This document shows positions 12,117-24,065 of a DNA stretch of 64,000 nt, piece by piece; position 1 is the stretch's first letter; every line of letters begins with the position of its first letter. The notes beneath the pieces were generated by a model. It did no database searches. It saw nothing but the letters and a program-made list of their open reading frames with translations, and was not told the origin of the DNA. This stretch comes from Octopus sinensis. Lineage: Eukaryota. Both the position numbers and the translations under genes were made by a program. The stretch lies in the NCBI RefSeq assembly GCF_006345805.1, contig NC_042998.1, positions 168,330,001 to 168,394,000 of the forward strand, written 5' to 3'.

Positions 12117-14048
12117 ACACATATATATATATATATATATATGTAAATGTATGTAATGTACACATGTATGTATTTAAGTTCATAGACATTTTATATCTGT
12201 GCGTATAGCATAAGTACATAAGCAGTATAGGTTCTGTATGTATACGTTCGTATATTCTATTATGTTAGCTGTGTTTTGAAGGCCCCTCTCAATATAATTG
12301 GCACACTTATCCAATAACCTACACGCTGTCAAGAATATTTCTTCTGGTTTCATTACCAATAGTGTCAATTCCAACGTCTGTCTTTCTCTTCTCGTTTACT
12401 CCCTTAACCTTTCTTTAATCCACTTCTCTTCCCTTCTCCCTTCTTTATTTTTTCTTTCTGTTTCCTTTTCTGCCCCCATTTCCAGGTTTTCCTCTTGTCT
12501 CAAGTTCATTTCTGTTTACTTGACTTATCTTTTGTCTTATACATTATTTATTTATTTATTTATTCATTTCTTTATTTCTGTCTCAATTATTTCTAGTCTT
12601 ACTTTTTATCTTCACTTCTCTTGCCGTTCTCAACTAACCAAAATGACCATCAATATGTCTGCGCGTGTGTTGTGTGTATACATACATACATACATAAATT
12701 CCAAACACAGTATATACTTGTAACCAAAGTAAACAAATTGTGTTCGCAACTATAGTGATATATGAACATTATCGAACAATTAATGAAGCAAAGAGACGAG
12801 CTTAGAAGCCGCACTCATGCGGACATTTAGGCTAGCTCCTGTGGAGGGCTTATTCGACCTGCAGCCCCAAACTAAAAGGAGCTAAATAGCTATAACTATA
12901 ACATGTCTATAACGACTATATGCTTCGCTGGTGTTTGGTCAGACGTTAAGGATGGATGAGAGTTAATTCTCTAACGGAATTATTCTATTGTTCCAGTCCC
13001 AAGTTGAATACCAACTGTTGGCCGACGTAAAATTAATGAAGTAATTCGACGTAAAATTAACGAAGCGAATGTCATTTATCTTCCTGACGTCATCTGACAA
13101 ACGCCAACTAAGATGGCGTGAATTTGCCAAGCTTTACCTGCTTGAAGTAGCAACCCAATGTTTTTTAATCATATCCCAACACTGGGTGTTCAGGAACCAA
13201 ATGAAAGGTAGATTTTCAATCCCAGGATCATTCTCATTCCAAAAAAGTATAATTTCATCTATGTAGAGCAAATGTAGACTGAAGTACAGCGGTCGCAGAC
13301 AGACAGAATTTCGTCTTTATTATAACGAATATCAAGAAAATATTATCAAATATTTTAATAGCAGCTAACTTGTGATTTATTTAAACACTTACCGAGCTTG
13401 TAACCCTTCTCTCTAGATATACATGTGGATATAATGTTGAGTAACCATTATATCGTGTTCATAAGGCGGTGAGTGGCAGAAGGGTTAGCACGCCGGCGGC
13501 ATTTAGTCGTAATGTATGCTATCTCAGATATTTGTGGAATATTTCCTTAAAAGATATCCATTTATTCTGAAAGTTATGAGGAAACAATTGTGTGGTGGTT
13601 ACACTTGTGAGGGGTCTGCTCAAAATATCCCCACAAACACAAAAAACAAAGTGAAGATGACTCTGACTTCACTCTAGTTTTCAGGTGCTCTGGTGCGTCC
13701 CTCGGTGCACACATTCCCTAGCCTCTAATCACCGCGAAAGGTTGAAAGAGACTAAATGTTATTTGAAGCATAGGCCTTGGAGAAAACGTTTCCGATATTG
13801 TAACGTGATAATAACAATATGAAGACATATAGAAATCTCTGGACTAGACGAGAAATTCTTGAATAAATTTCACACATAGACGCTAAATGCGCACGCACAC
13901 AATATGTACACAAACAAATATTTACATATATAATGTATGCATTTACATTAATGTATATGTGTGCGGGGGGTACACATGTGTGTGTACACAGGTGTTTGTG
14001 TGTGTGTACACAGGTGTGTGTTTGTGTGTTTGTGTATGTGTGTGTGTG

Positions 14049-14079
<31 letters not shown>

Positions 14080-15153
14080 CACATTTGTGTGTGTGTATAC
14101 ACATTTGTGTGTGTGTATGTATACACGTTTGAGCAGATTTTGAAACAGCTGACAGAATTTCAAATAGATTTATAAATCTTACGTCAAACTTTATTGAAAA
14201 TTTTCAACATGTCTGTATCCCTGCATACTTCAAATCTCTCCTTAGCGATGTGAAACACATTTTGAAGCACTGCACTGCTAACTGAATGTATTCTTTAAGC
14301 TCTTGAGGATGGAAGTAAAGAAAATGCTTGCTGCCAAATTGACTAAACGGGGGAGGGAACACAGCGGGGGGACTAATTGCAGATGGCGAGCGTAGCTTCC
14401 AGAATTGGTCACGCAGTGAAACTCAAATGGCTTTGAATCACAACAGCAACTTGTTTTTGTATGACCATTTTGCATTATATAGTTCAGACATGGATGACAT
14501 AGATAGCAGACATATTGCCGGGCCATGCTACGTTGCGCAAGATTGGAAACTTGAAACATTAGCAGGGCTCTTCTGGAGAATGAATGGATTTGTTGTGCCT
14601 TTACCCAGCTGCACTCACACACATATGGCCCGGTGGTGCGCGGGATAGTATCATGAAGCATCAACAGGGCGCCGACAAAAAATTTAATGTTCTTCTCATT
14701 TCCTCCGCCAAATTGGACAGAAAGGCTTCCATGAAATATTATGAGCTACTTATAATGCATATGTAGTGTCAATGTCTTATCGTGAGAAAATGGTCGAAAA
14801 CAAAGATAAAATCTAGTGCAGTATACTCAAATCTGATTAATCTGCATTTTATGGGGGACCGTTGACGGCGTCAGAAACTTTTTTTAGTCAACAGCAATTC
14901 GAGGATCTTGGCTAATGTTTGTTGCAAATTTGGGATAAAGCGACTAGATACTCTTCAAGATACAGGCCTTGACGCTGCGAAAATGCTTTAAAAATGCAGT
15001 CTATCTGCCCTTTGGCCCGCATTAGGCAAGAAGTTGAAAATGTTTTTCACCCATGGCATCCCACGGATCCAATGTAATGCATGTGTAAAATCGCTTGGGT
15101 GGACCTCGAGTTTTAACGACATGACAACACACAGACAGACACACATCCCGTTT

Positions 15154-15207
<54 letters not shown>

Positions 15208-15430
15208 CTTTATTTAAATCAGCAGAAATTCAACAAAATCTGTCACTCTGAGTTTCTCGTTGCCGTTCATCAGACAGTTTTTGTTAGATGATGTCTGATG
15301 AATGGCAACGAGAAACTCAGAGTAACAGATTTTGTTGAATTTTCTGCTGCTTTAAATAAAGCATATTACTCTACCACTGGTATATGAGTACTTTTTTTCC
15401 ACCTTGTTTCACATTTATGTGTTTACTCCG
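15208..15430. mobile_element. PLE-type terminal repeat with inverted partial copy (about 69-bp arms)
   Basis: Arms 15208-15276 and 15292-15361 are reverse complements (3 substitutions, 1 indel, 15-nt spacer). Each arm carries a hammerhead core. Flanked by (TA)n. Confidence 0.75.
15292..15328 (+). ncRNA. Minimal hammerhead ribozyme motif
   Basis: UGU-CUGAUGA-A-UG-GCAA-CG-A-GAAA-CUCAGAG-UA/ACA: core, GNRA-capped helix II, ACU/AGU helix III and GUA cleavage triplet. Confidence 0.6.
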
Positions 15431-15454
15431 GTATATATATATATATAACATGGG

Positions 15455-15680
15455 ATAAATGTGACCGCATGTGTACCGTTAGCGATTTTTTTTCCTCTGT
15501 CTTCCCTTCTCTGGATCTTTCCTTCTATGTTTCCGACAAAGAGCTCCGCTCGAAACGTTTAACCCTCCTTCTTTCCTTCTTTCCTGAGCGTCCAATAATA
15601 CTATATTTGTTCCACGTCCTCGCGTTGTTGTGTTTTTTGTGCTTTCTTGTTTGGATTAACTATATATATATATATATATA
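15455..15680 (+). mobile_element. PLE-type solo terminal repeat with degenerate HHR
   Basis: Same family as 32360-32570. Motif GTTT-CCGACAA-A-GAGC-TCC-GCTC-GAAA-CGTT has a mutated core. Flanked by (TA)n. Confidence 0.7.
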
Positions 15681-15681
15681 A

Positions 15682-15961
15682 GATTAATCAGCCGAAATTG
15701 CTAAGATGATCTGGTTCTTGACTGATGACTGAGGGCTTCGAATGTCCCGTCCTGTGGTTCTTGTGTCGTCTCTGTTGTGTTTCATGTTCTTGTGTCATGT
15801 CTGTAATTATTTTTACTGTTTACCTATATATATATATATAAATACAAAAAGGGACAACGAAACATCAAGATAGACGATACAAAAAAAAAAGGACGGGTCA
15901 TTCGAAGCTTTCTGTCCTCAGTCAAGAACCAGATCATCCTCGCAATTCCGGCTGATTAATC
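15682..15961. repeat. Inverted pair of a short TA-embedded repeat (about 70-bp homologous arms)
   Basis: GATTAATCAGCCGAAATTGCTAAGATGATCTGGTTCTTGACTGA...GTCC at 15682-15752, with its reverse complement at about 15890-15961. A third copy lies at 27900-27998. Confidence 0.8.
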
Positions 15962-15980
15962 ATATATATATATATATATA

Positions 15981-16035
<55 letters not shown>

Positions 16036-16099
16036 TGCAAAACAACAATGGGGCAAAACAACTCGCCTCCCGAGTTTTTATAATTGGATATATATATAT

Positions 16100-16472
16100 A
16101 TTATTATAAATGTAAAACAACACCACACACGCTTGCCTCCCGAATTACGTTTTCCATACAGGATCTGCGATTCGTTGTTTACTCATCTAAGGTACACAAT
16201 ATATTTTCTTTTAATATATTTTAATTAATTTATTACACAGTGCAGTACTGTACTGTAGTTCTATTTATTAATTCATTGATTTTTAGGCGTGAAAATGCTT
16301 ATTTTCCCACAAAAATAATTAAAATCTAAAAAAAATATAAATACCTATCGGCCGCAGAAAACCCGCGATATACTGAGGAGTCCGCGATATAAATTTACAT
16401 ATATTAGCGAGAAGAATCCGCGATGTAGTGAGGGCACGATCGGTGAACCGGGATATGGCGAGTGATTATTGT
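16100..16472. mobile_element. Tigger/pogo-like MITE, left end lost
   Basis: Right TIR CCGGGATATGGCGAGTGATTATTGTA and repeated CCGCGAT motifs. Shares ATTATAAATGTAAAACAACACCAC with the 6085 copy. Confidence 0.65.
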
Positions 16473-17378
16473 ATTGACTTTTACTGTTGATATGTGACGG
16501 AGATACTTAACAATTCTTAAAGAGAAGATGCTTTATTTTACCAGCATTGTAATTAAGTATTTGGGAGGTTTTATTAGAATCTTTCCAGAACAGAAGGGAG
16601 AAAAGTAAAAAACGAAAAATAAAAAGTGGTGGTGGTGAGGGGGGGGGGCAACTCAGCGGAAGATGAGGGGGAAGGGACGATGGATTGCATACCCCAGAAC
16701 AAACGGGGAATAACAATCAACACTCGCTGCAGCAGCCACTCCACCTCGTGGGGCTCATTTCTCCGACGGGCTGCCGTTATCCTTATTTTGCGGAGGAAAT
16801 CGGTAGTACGGGGTTCCAGAATAACTGACATCCCGACTGTAACGGACACAAACTGATAGCAGACGTCTAGGCCCCAGTATTTATTAATTTTTCTCTCCTC
16901 TGCATTACGGGCGGCGACACCATGGCTTGCAGCGGATGCTGCAAAGTTAGAGACGAAGGCAGGTTAGTTAATATATATTTTTCTTTTTTTGTTATTCATG
17001 ATTTGATTTTGAACGTGGTTGATTGACAGGAAGCGGCTCCTGGCAGGTGGCGCCACTTAAATTGTCATGTCGTGTCGCCTCGGAATATATCCGGATGATG
17101 CAGCCCCGTTGTCATGTCACTAGTTGATTGCCAAGGACCAAGACTAGATGTTCTGGGATCCAGACGGCATGAAAAAAAAAATGTACATTCACATTTTAGC
17201 ACATTTTAGACGAGACGGCAGGTGGATACATACACGGAGAAAATAAAAATGAAAAACAAGAAGTTGATGGGGAGAATAAAAACAAAATAATTATGCTAAA
17301 TGCTTATATTAGAAGTGTACTAGAGACTGGGGAAGAGAGAACGACCATAACAAAACACAAGGTGAAAAGGAGGTAAAA

Positions 17379-17793
17379 TTAGTAGTAGTAGTGTGGTGGT
17401 GGTGGTGGTGGTGATGGTAGTAGTAGTAGTGATGGTGGTGGTAGTAGTAGTGTGGAGGTGGTAGTAGTAGTAGTAGTGATGGTGGTGGTAGTAGTAGTAG
17501 CGGTGGTGGTGGTGGTGGTGGTAGTAGTAGTAGTGATGGTGGTGGTAGTAGTAGTGATGGTGGTGGTAGTAGTAGTGTGGTGGTGGTAGTAGTAGTAGTG
17601 ATGGTGGTGGTAGTAGTAGTGTGGTGGTGGTAGTAGTAGTAGTAGTAGTGATGGTGGTGGTAGTAGTAGTAGCGGTGGTGGGGGTGGGGGTAGTAGTAGT
17701 AGTGATGATGGTGGTAGTAGTAGTGTGGTGGTGGTAGTAGTAGTAGTAGTAGTGATGGTGGTGGTAGTAGTAGTAGCGGTGGTGGTGGTGGTG

Positions 17794-17825
<32 letters not shown>

Positions 17826-18003
17826 GATGGTGGTGGTAGTAGTAGTGTGGTGGTGGAGGTAGTAGTAGTGTAGTGGTGGTGGTAGTAGTAGTAGTACTGG
17901 TGGTGGTAGTGATGGTGGTGGTGGTGGTGGTTGTCGTCGTCGTCGTCGTGGTAGTTGTAGTGGTGGTGGTGGTGTTGCGGTGCGGTGAGGGAATGGATGG
18001 TGA

Positions 18004-18046
<43 letters not shown>
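17379..18046. repeat. Compound (GTA)n/(GTG)n repeat with higher-order units
   Basis: Recurrent module GTAGTAGTAGTGATGGTGGTG. It explains the poly-T/H/P/Y ORFs. Confidence 0.95.
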
Positions 18047-18047
<1 letters not shown>

Positions 18048-18349
18048 CACAAGTTTTATAATGTTGATGATGATGATGATGACGATGATAATGACATTGT
18101 GTTGTTGATGGTGATGTTATAGCAGATATCGTCTAGTTGCATGGCTCCTCCTAGGTATCAGCTGACTCGGGGTTAAAAGTTGCCACACTAGTGTGACAAA
18201 CCGTAAAATAACATTTGTTGCTGAAGAAAATATTATTTTTTTCTACACAGCAGACGAGACTGAATTCTAAGAAAAACATCAGGTGTCAAACCCCATGAAC
18301 ACCATTTTGATCACAACTCACCTCAACTTCTTTATTTAATTATTCTGTG

Positions 18350-18486
18350 GTTTATATGCGCGTGCGTGCGTGCGTGCGTGTATGTGTGTGTGTATGTGTG
18401 TGTGTGTGTGTGTGGTGTGTGTGTGTCTGTGTGTGTGTGTTTGTGTGTCTGTTTTATACATATATATATGTGTGTGTGTGTGTATG

Positions 18487-18528
<42 letters not shown>

Positions 18529-18724
18529 CATACATACGCATATATATATTTATACATACATACACACACTCACAGATACGCTCACATTATACACACACAA
18601 GCGTACATCTGTATAAATTCTATGTATGCATATGTATGTATATATGTATGTATGAATGCATGTACGTATATATATATATGTGTGAGTATATGTATGTATG
18701 TATGCATATATGTTTGTATGTGTG

Positions 18725-18793
<69 letters not shown>

Positions 18794-18842
18794 TATATGT
18801 ATGTATGTATGCATATATGTTTGTATGTGTATATATATACAT
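18350..18842. repeat. Compound TG/TA/TATG microsatellite
   Basis: Seen directly. Confidence 0.95.
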
Positions 18843-19546
18843 AACCCATATAGATTTTCTGTCAGTCTGTCTCTACTCTTCCCTCTCTCTCTCTACGCAT
18901 ACATACACACACGTGCGCACTCACTCACACACATAAGTTAACAGTGATATGCAGTTTGCAACGTCAACGGATAAGCCTCTCTCACTAATATAAACTGACA
19001 GTGAATAAATAAACATAAAAATAGATGAATTATACACTCGCTATAAAATAGGAAATAATTACACTGTTATTAAAATCAATTCTCCCTCTTTCTTTACGTT
19101 TGTTTCCTTTTACAAGCAGCATGTTGTGAAAAAAGGTTTCGGAAAGAAAAGAATGACAAAATAAATATTTTCAAATAAAAAAGATTGTGGGAAGGGAGAA
19201 TAATACAAACTTCCATTTTAAGACATTTTGCCCCCCAAAATTCACTCCTCGATGTTGAAACGAGGTGCGAATGAGAGAAGGAGGGATAAAAGCCTGTTCC
19301 TTATTTATGCTACGAATGTTACAAGGAGAAGTTTTTTAATCCTGACATACTGTTTGAGTGATAAAACTACAGCCTGCTACACCGATGCATTCTATGTCTA
19401 TCGTTCAATTATGTGTCTTCAGTTCACTTCCTCTGCAAGATAATACGTAGTTTCTGTTGATAAGACGCTTAGCACTGGAATCAGAATGACTTCTTTGTTA
19501 TATGAAGTTATCAGACATGGATATTATTGCCTCGAATCCATGGAAT

Positions 19547-19775
19547 GGTAAGGCCGGTTACCCAGTTTTTATGGCGTATACGTAACCGAAAGCACAACAT
19601 CCTCCCAAACACGACACCACTTCATCGCAAGATCACTCATTTACTGCTGAGTGGACTACAACACAGTGAAAGGAAGTGTTTTGCTCAAGAATCTGAACGC
19701 AATGCCCGGTCCGAGAATTGAAACTACAACCTTGTGATAGTAGCAAGCTTAAACCAATAGGTCATGCGCCTTCAC
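19547..19775 (-). mobile_element. SINE family 3, old copy
   Basis: ACTCATTTACTGCTGAGTGGACT...GTGTTTTGCTCAAGAA matches the core at 56160-56225. tRNA-like head at the right end. Confidence 0.65.
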
Positions 19776-21390
19776 TTAGTCACCAAAGGGAGTCAAAAAT
19801 CACTGCTGGAAAGCAGCAGCGTAGTCACACATGTAGTGTTTTCAAATTCTTCGCAAAAACGAATATCTAACTTTGAGACACAATTATTGCAGTGTTATCG
19901 ATATGTAATCACCATGCACAGAGATTGTGATTTCTTGCACTGTAAAAAGCTTCTGAAAGTTATAGACGTAGATTATTCATAGGTTTTAAAGATGAAGAAA
20001 TGTAAGTAGTTTCCTTGATTTGTGATGGATGATGTCTTGCTGATTTTAAACTTCCTAGTAAAGAATCATGTCGAGCCTTTTGTTAATTGGATTGTCTGGA
20101 CTCTGTATGGATTATTTTTTGGCACAAAAGCTATTTAGAAGTATAACCTGTATATCATTGTGCTTGCCTGAAAGAGGGTGGGCTGAAAATATGATTCCTT
20201 ACTTTTTAAAATAGTTGTCATTGTTTAAAACTTTAGATTTTGAAAAATAACTGCAATGTCAATTACAAAAATATAAAAAAAATTTTTTCTGTTAAGAACG
20301 GCACTTTTAAGTTTTCGAGGAAACTGTTGAGGCTATTGGTTGTCGATTTTATCCACTGTTCTCGGGTATCTTGTTTGCACGGTGTTAAAATTCCTGAAGG
20401 CTGAAAAATATATCTTCGTGCGGTTGTGTTTTTCTTTTCAGTTAATATAGCGATATAGTTCGCTTTTAAGGCAGGAAGAAGACAAACTGTTACGGCTGTT
20501 ATCTTTTGTGGTTACTCGCAAAATAAAAATGAAAATTTCTGAATCGGCTTTCCTCGCTTCAGGAATGACCGAAATAAGTAAAAGAAAGAAAAGATACATA
20601 TGCAACGATATTGCAGCATTCTGCACACTGAACACAACAAATACGTTAGGGTTTCAAGTACGTAAATACATAAAAGTTGTAAACACTCGATTAACGGATA
20701 TTCAGACAATTAGTAAAAAGAAATTCTCTCTTGGAGTATTTAAGATATAGAATTCAAGCAAGGGAGATATATCATAATTCCAGCGCAATCGATAGGAATT
20801 TTGGAAAATAAAATGCAGTTCTAGTAAAAACAACGAACGTCTTTATAGGTCTAGGTGTATTTTGTGCATCACAATAATGCGAAGGCGAACACGGTGTATG
20901 TCTTCGGCTTATCTACAGTTTCTATAGAGTTAACGGTTATCAGATTTTGCATGATAGTGCAGAGTACCTATTCACCAGTTAAGCAACATCTCTGGCGAGT
21001 AGGGTGGGCAGCATTGTAATAAAATGTCATTCGTCCATACACACATAAACACACACAAGCACACACATATAAACGCGGAGACACACACAATTATATAAAA
21101 ATAGAAAGAAGTTAGATGATACATACATACATTTATGGATATATACATACATGCATATGCATACATACGTATTCTAAATCCCCAGCAGTAAGGCTTTCCA
21201 ATGCTTAAATTTCAGTTCATCTGATTTACACTTTTGATATGTGTGTATGTGTGCGTGTGCGTATATATGTATGTCTATGTACATATATATATGTGTGTAT
21301 GTATGCTTGTATACATACACACATATATAATATATATGCGTATGTATACATGCATACATATATGCATATACGTATATATATACACATACA

Positions 21391-22559
21391 TTAGATACAA
21401 AAAAGGTTTGCTAATGTTTTATAAATACAAGGAATAGTTTTATTCATCAAAGTATGCACCCATATTGTCAATGCGCTTTTGTCATTTCAGCGGCAGCTTG
21501 TCCAGCCCGGAACTGTAAAAGCCTGGCAATCTAGAGTCAATAAAATCTTGGAAGGCCTGTTTTACAGCATCGTCGGAATTAATTTTTTTTTCCTATCAGA
21601 AAGTTATCAATATTCTGGAAGAAGTGGTGGCCAGTGAGGGCAAGATCAGGTGAATGTGGTGGATGATGGAGAACTTCCAACTCCTACTTCTGTAATTTCG
21701 GCAATGTCATTTTTGCGATGTGTGGTCTGGGGTTGTCTTGCAACAAAATAGGAGTGGATCTGTTGACGAATTTAGGCCGTTTTTTCTAAGTTTCTGCATC
21801 ATTTGGTCCAGTTGGCAGCAGTATACTTCAGCCGTGATTGATGAGCCAGGTTTAATAAAATCATAATGGAACACACCTGCGCCAAACTGCCAAACACATA
21901 CCATCAGCTTCTTTTGATAAATTTTGCTTTTTGGACTGTGTTTTGGTGGCTCGTCTTTTTCCAGCCATTGTGCTGAACGTTTACGGTTGTTGTATTGGAT
22001 CCATTTCTCATTACATGTTGCAATTCGATTCAAAAATGATTCATTTTTGTAATGAGAAAGTAGCATAATGCAGGCTTCCAAACGTTACTGTTTCTGATTT
22101 TCATTGAGTTCATGTGGAACCCACTTATCAAACTTTTTCGCTTTACCGATTTGAAATAGGTAAGTCAATATTGTTTGCTTGCTAACACCAAACAACAATG
22201 ATAATTCACGGGCACTTTGAGATGGATCTGACTCGACGGTGGATTTCAGTTCGTCATTATCCACCTTTGTTTCTGGTCGACCGCGTTGCTCATTTGTGAG
22301 GCTAAAGTTACCAGAACGAAATTTTGCAAACCAATTTGATACTGTCTGCTGTGTAATAACAGTAGAATTTAATGCTCCATTAATATTCCGAGCTGTCTGT
22401 GATGCTGTATTTCGAAGAAAGAAACTCATATGCCAAAACTGTACGAATTTCCGACTTATGCATCTCTAAACAAAATAGCAAAATAACGATATATAAAGCG
22501 CAAAATGAGCATAGTTAAAGTTTACCATATACCTTACAAATTTCATACTTGACGACCTA

Positions 22560-22560
<1 letters not shown>
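21391..22560 (-). mobile_element. Near full-length mariner with dead DD34D transposase (coding about 21440-22463)
   Basis: MHKSEIRTVLAYEF, KFDKWVPHELNENQKQ, QDNPRPH, HSPDLALTGHHFF and GAYFDE*. First and third catalytic Asp are mutated. Stops and frameshifts present. Right TIR TTAGGTCGTCAAGTATG (rc); left TIR degraded. Confidence 0.93.
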
Positions 22561-22592
<32 letters not shown>

Positions 22593-22618
22593 TATATATA
22601 TATATATATATTATATAT

Positions 22619-22815
22619 TCTTTTACTTGTTTCAGTCATTTGACTGCGGCCATGCTGAAGCACTGCCTTTACTCGAACGAATCGACCCGAGGTTTTTGTA
22701 AGCCTAGTACTTATTCTATCGGTCTCTTTTCCCGAACCCCTAAGTTTTACGAAGACGTAAATACACCAACATCGGTTATCAAGCGATGGTGAGGTGACAA
22801 ACACAGACATACAAA
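22619..22815 (-). mobile_element. SINE family 1, 3' half
   Basis: TTTTACTTGTTTCAGTCATTTGACTGCGGCCATGCTG. Confidence 0.9.
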
Positions 22816-23275
22816 TATATACATTTTTTCTGTGTTATTTGTACATATTGAAAAAAATACACATACATATATATATACGTGTGTGTGTGTGTGTGTGTAT
22901 ACATGTATGTATATACATACATATTTATACTACATACACACACACACACACACACACATATTTCCTAGTTATGACCTTCTGCCATGCTGAAACCCTTTAT
23001 TATTATTTTCATGAGCCCTTCCCCATTGCTGATAAATCGCAACATGTCTTTAGGGGGTTTCCTTTGTCTTTTCTGTTTCCTTTTTACACATAATCTATTT
23101 ACAGTTCTGTTCTTTCAATGACCTTCATACGTATTTTTCTACGGATTACGTTGATTTGCCAATAATAAGTGTCGACACATGGTGATCCTCTCATTAAAAA
23201 TACTCTAAACGATCCGGTTTAAGTAATGTACAAAGGTACTGGCATTCGACAACGAACAGGATGTCTTTATTTATT

Positions 23276-23363
23276 ATTTTATTTTTAGATCTCGTTTCCC
23301 GCCAAATTTATTCGTTTTTTATTTTATTTTTAGATCTCGTTTCCCGCCAAATTTATTCGTTTT
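23276..23363. repeat. 45-bp tandem duplication
   Basis: ATTTTATTTTTAGATCTCGTTTCCCGCCAAATTTATTCGTTTT occurs twice. Confidence 0.95.
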
Positions 23364-23477
23364 GTTTAACTGATATTTGTTTATTTATTATGTATTTGTT
23401 CGCTTGTTTCTAGTTTACTATTATCTAGTGTAAAAGGGGATGGATTCTGCGCAAATTCGAACAATATTAATGAATAC

Positions 23478-23679
23478 AGGTGCAAATGTGGCTGTGTTGT
23501 AAGATCCTTGCTTCCCCAACAACATGGTTCCGGGTTCAATCCCATTGCATGATATCTTGGGCAAGTATCTTCTACTATAGCCTCGGGCCGATTAAAGCCT
23601 TGTGAGTGGATTTGGTAGACGAAAACTGAAACGGACCCGTCGTGTATGGCTTACAAACAAACATCTCCCATGCTGCAAT

Positions 23680-23716
<37 letters not shown>

Positions 23717-23955
23717 ATATGTGTATGTGTGTGTTTATTTTTTGCGGGTGTGTTTTTGTGTCTGTGTTTTTACCCCCACTACCGCTTGATAAACGGTGTT
23801 GGTGTGTTTACGTCCCTGTAACATAGCGGTTCAGCCAAAGAAACCAAAAGAAAAAAATATTGGTTTTCGAAAAATAGGTCCTCGGGCCGAATTTGTTCGA
23901 CCAAAACCCTTCATGGATGCATTCAAATGACTGAAACAAGTAAAAGATAAAAGAT
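23478..23955 (+). mobile_element. SINE family 1, full length, diverged
   Basis: Head, central (TG)n and tail AATGACTGAAACAAGTAAAAGATAAAAG. Confidence 0.88.
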
Positions 23956-24065
23956 TGCTATACGTTATAGAGCTAAGCAAAAACAACTGTCATCAATTAT
24001 TACTATTACTCCACTACCTATTACTATGTACTACTACTACAACTACTACTAATAATAATTATAAT

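Noticed and set aside
12230-12380. Possible CR1/L2 3' coding end on the minus strand
   Set aside because: Similarity too weak.
17309-18052. 247-aa and 223-aa Pro/His/Thr/Tyr-rich ORFs resembling extensins
   Set aside because: The (CAC/TAC)n strand simply lacks stop codons, so several frames stay open.
19950-20480. Possible old PLE remnant on the minus strand (YTGYT as GIY-YIG)
   Set aside because: Too degraded to support by eye.
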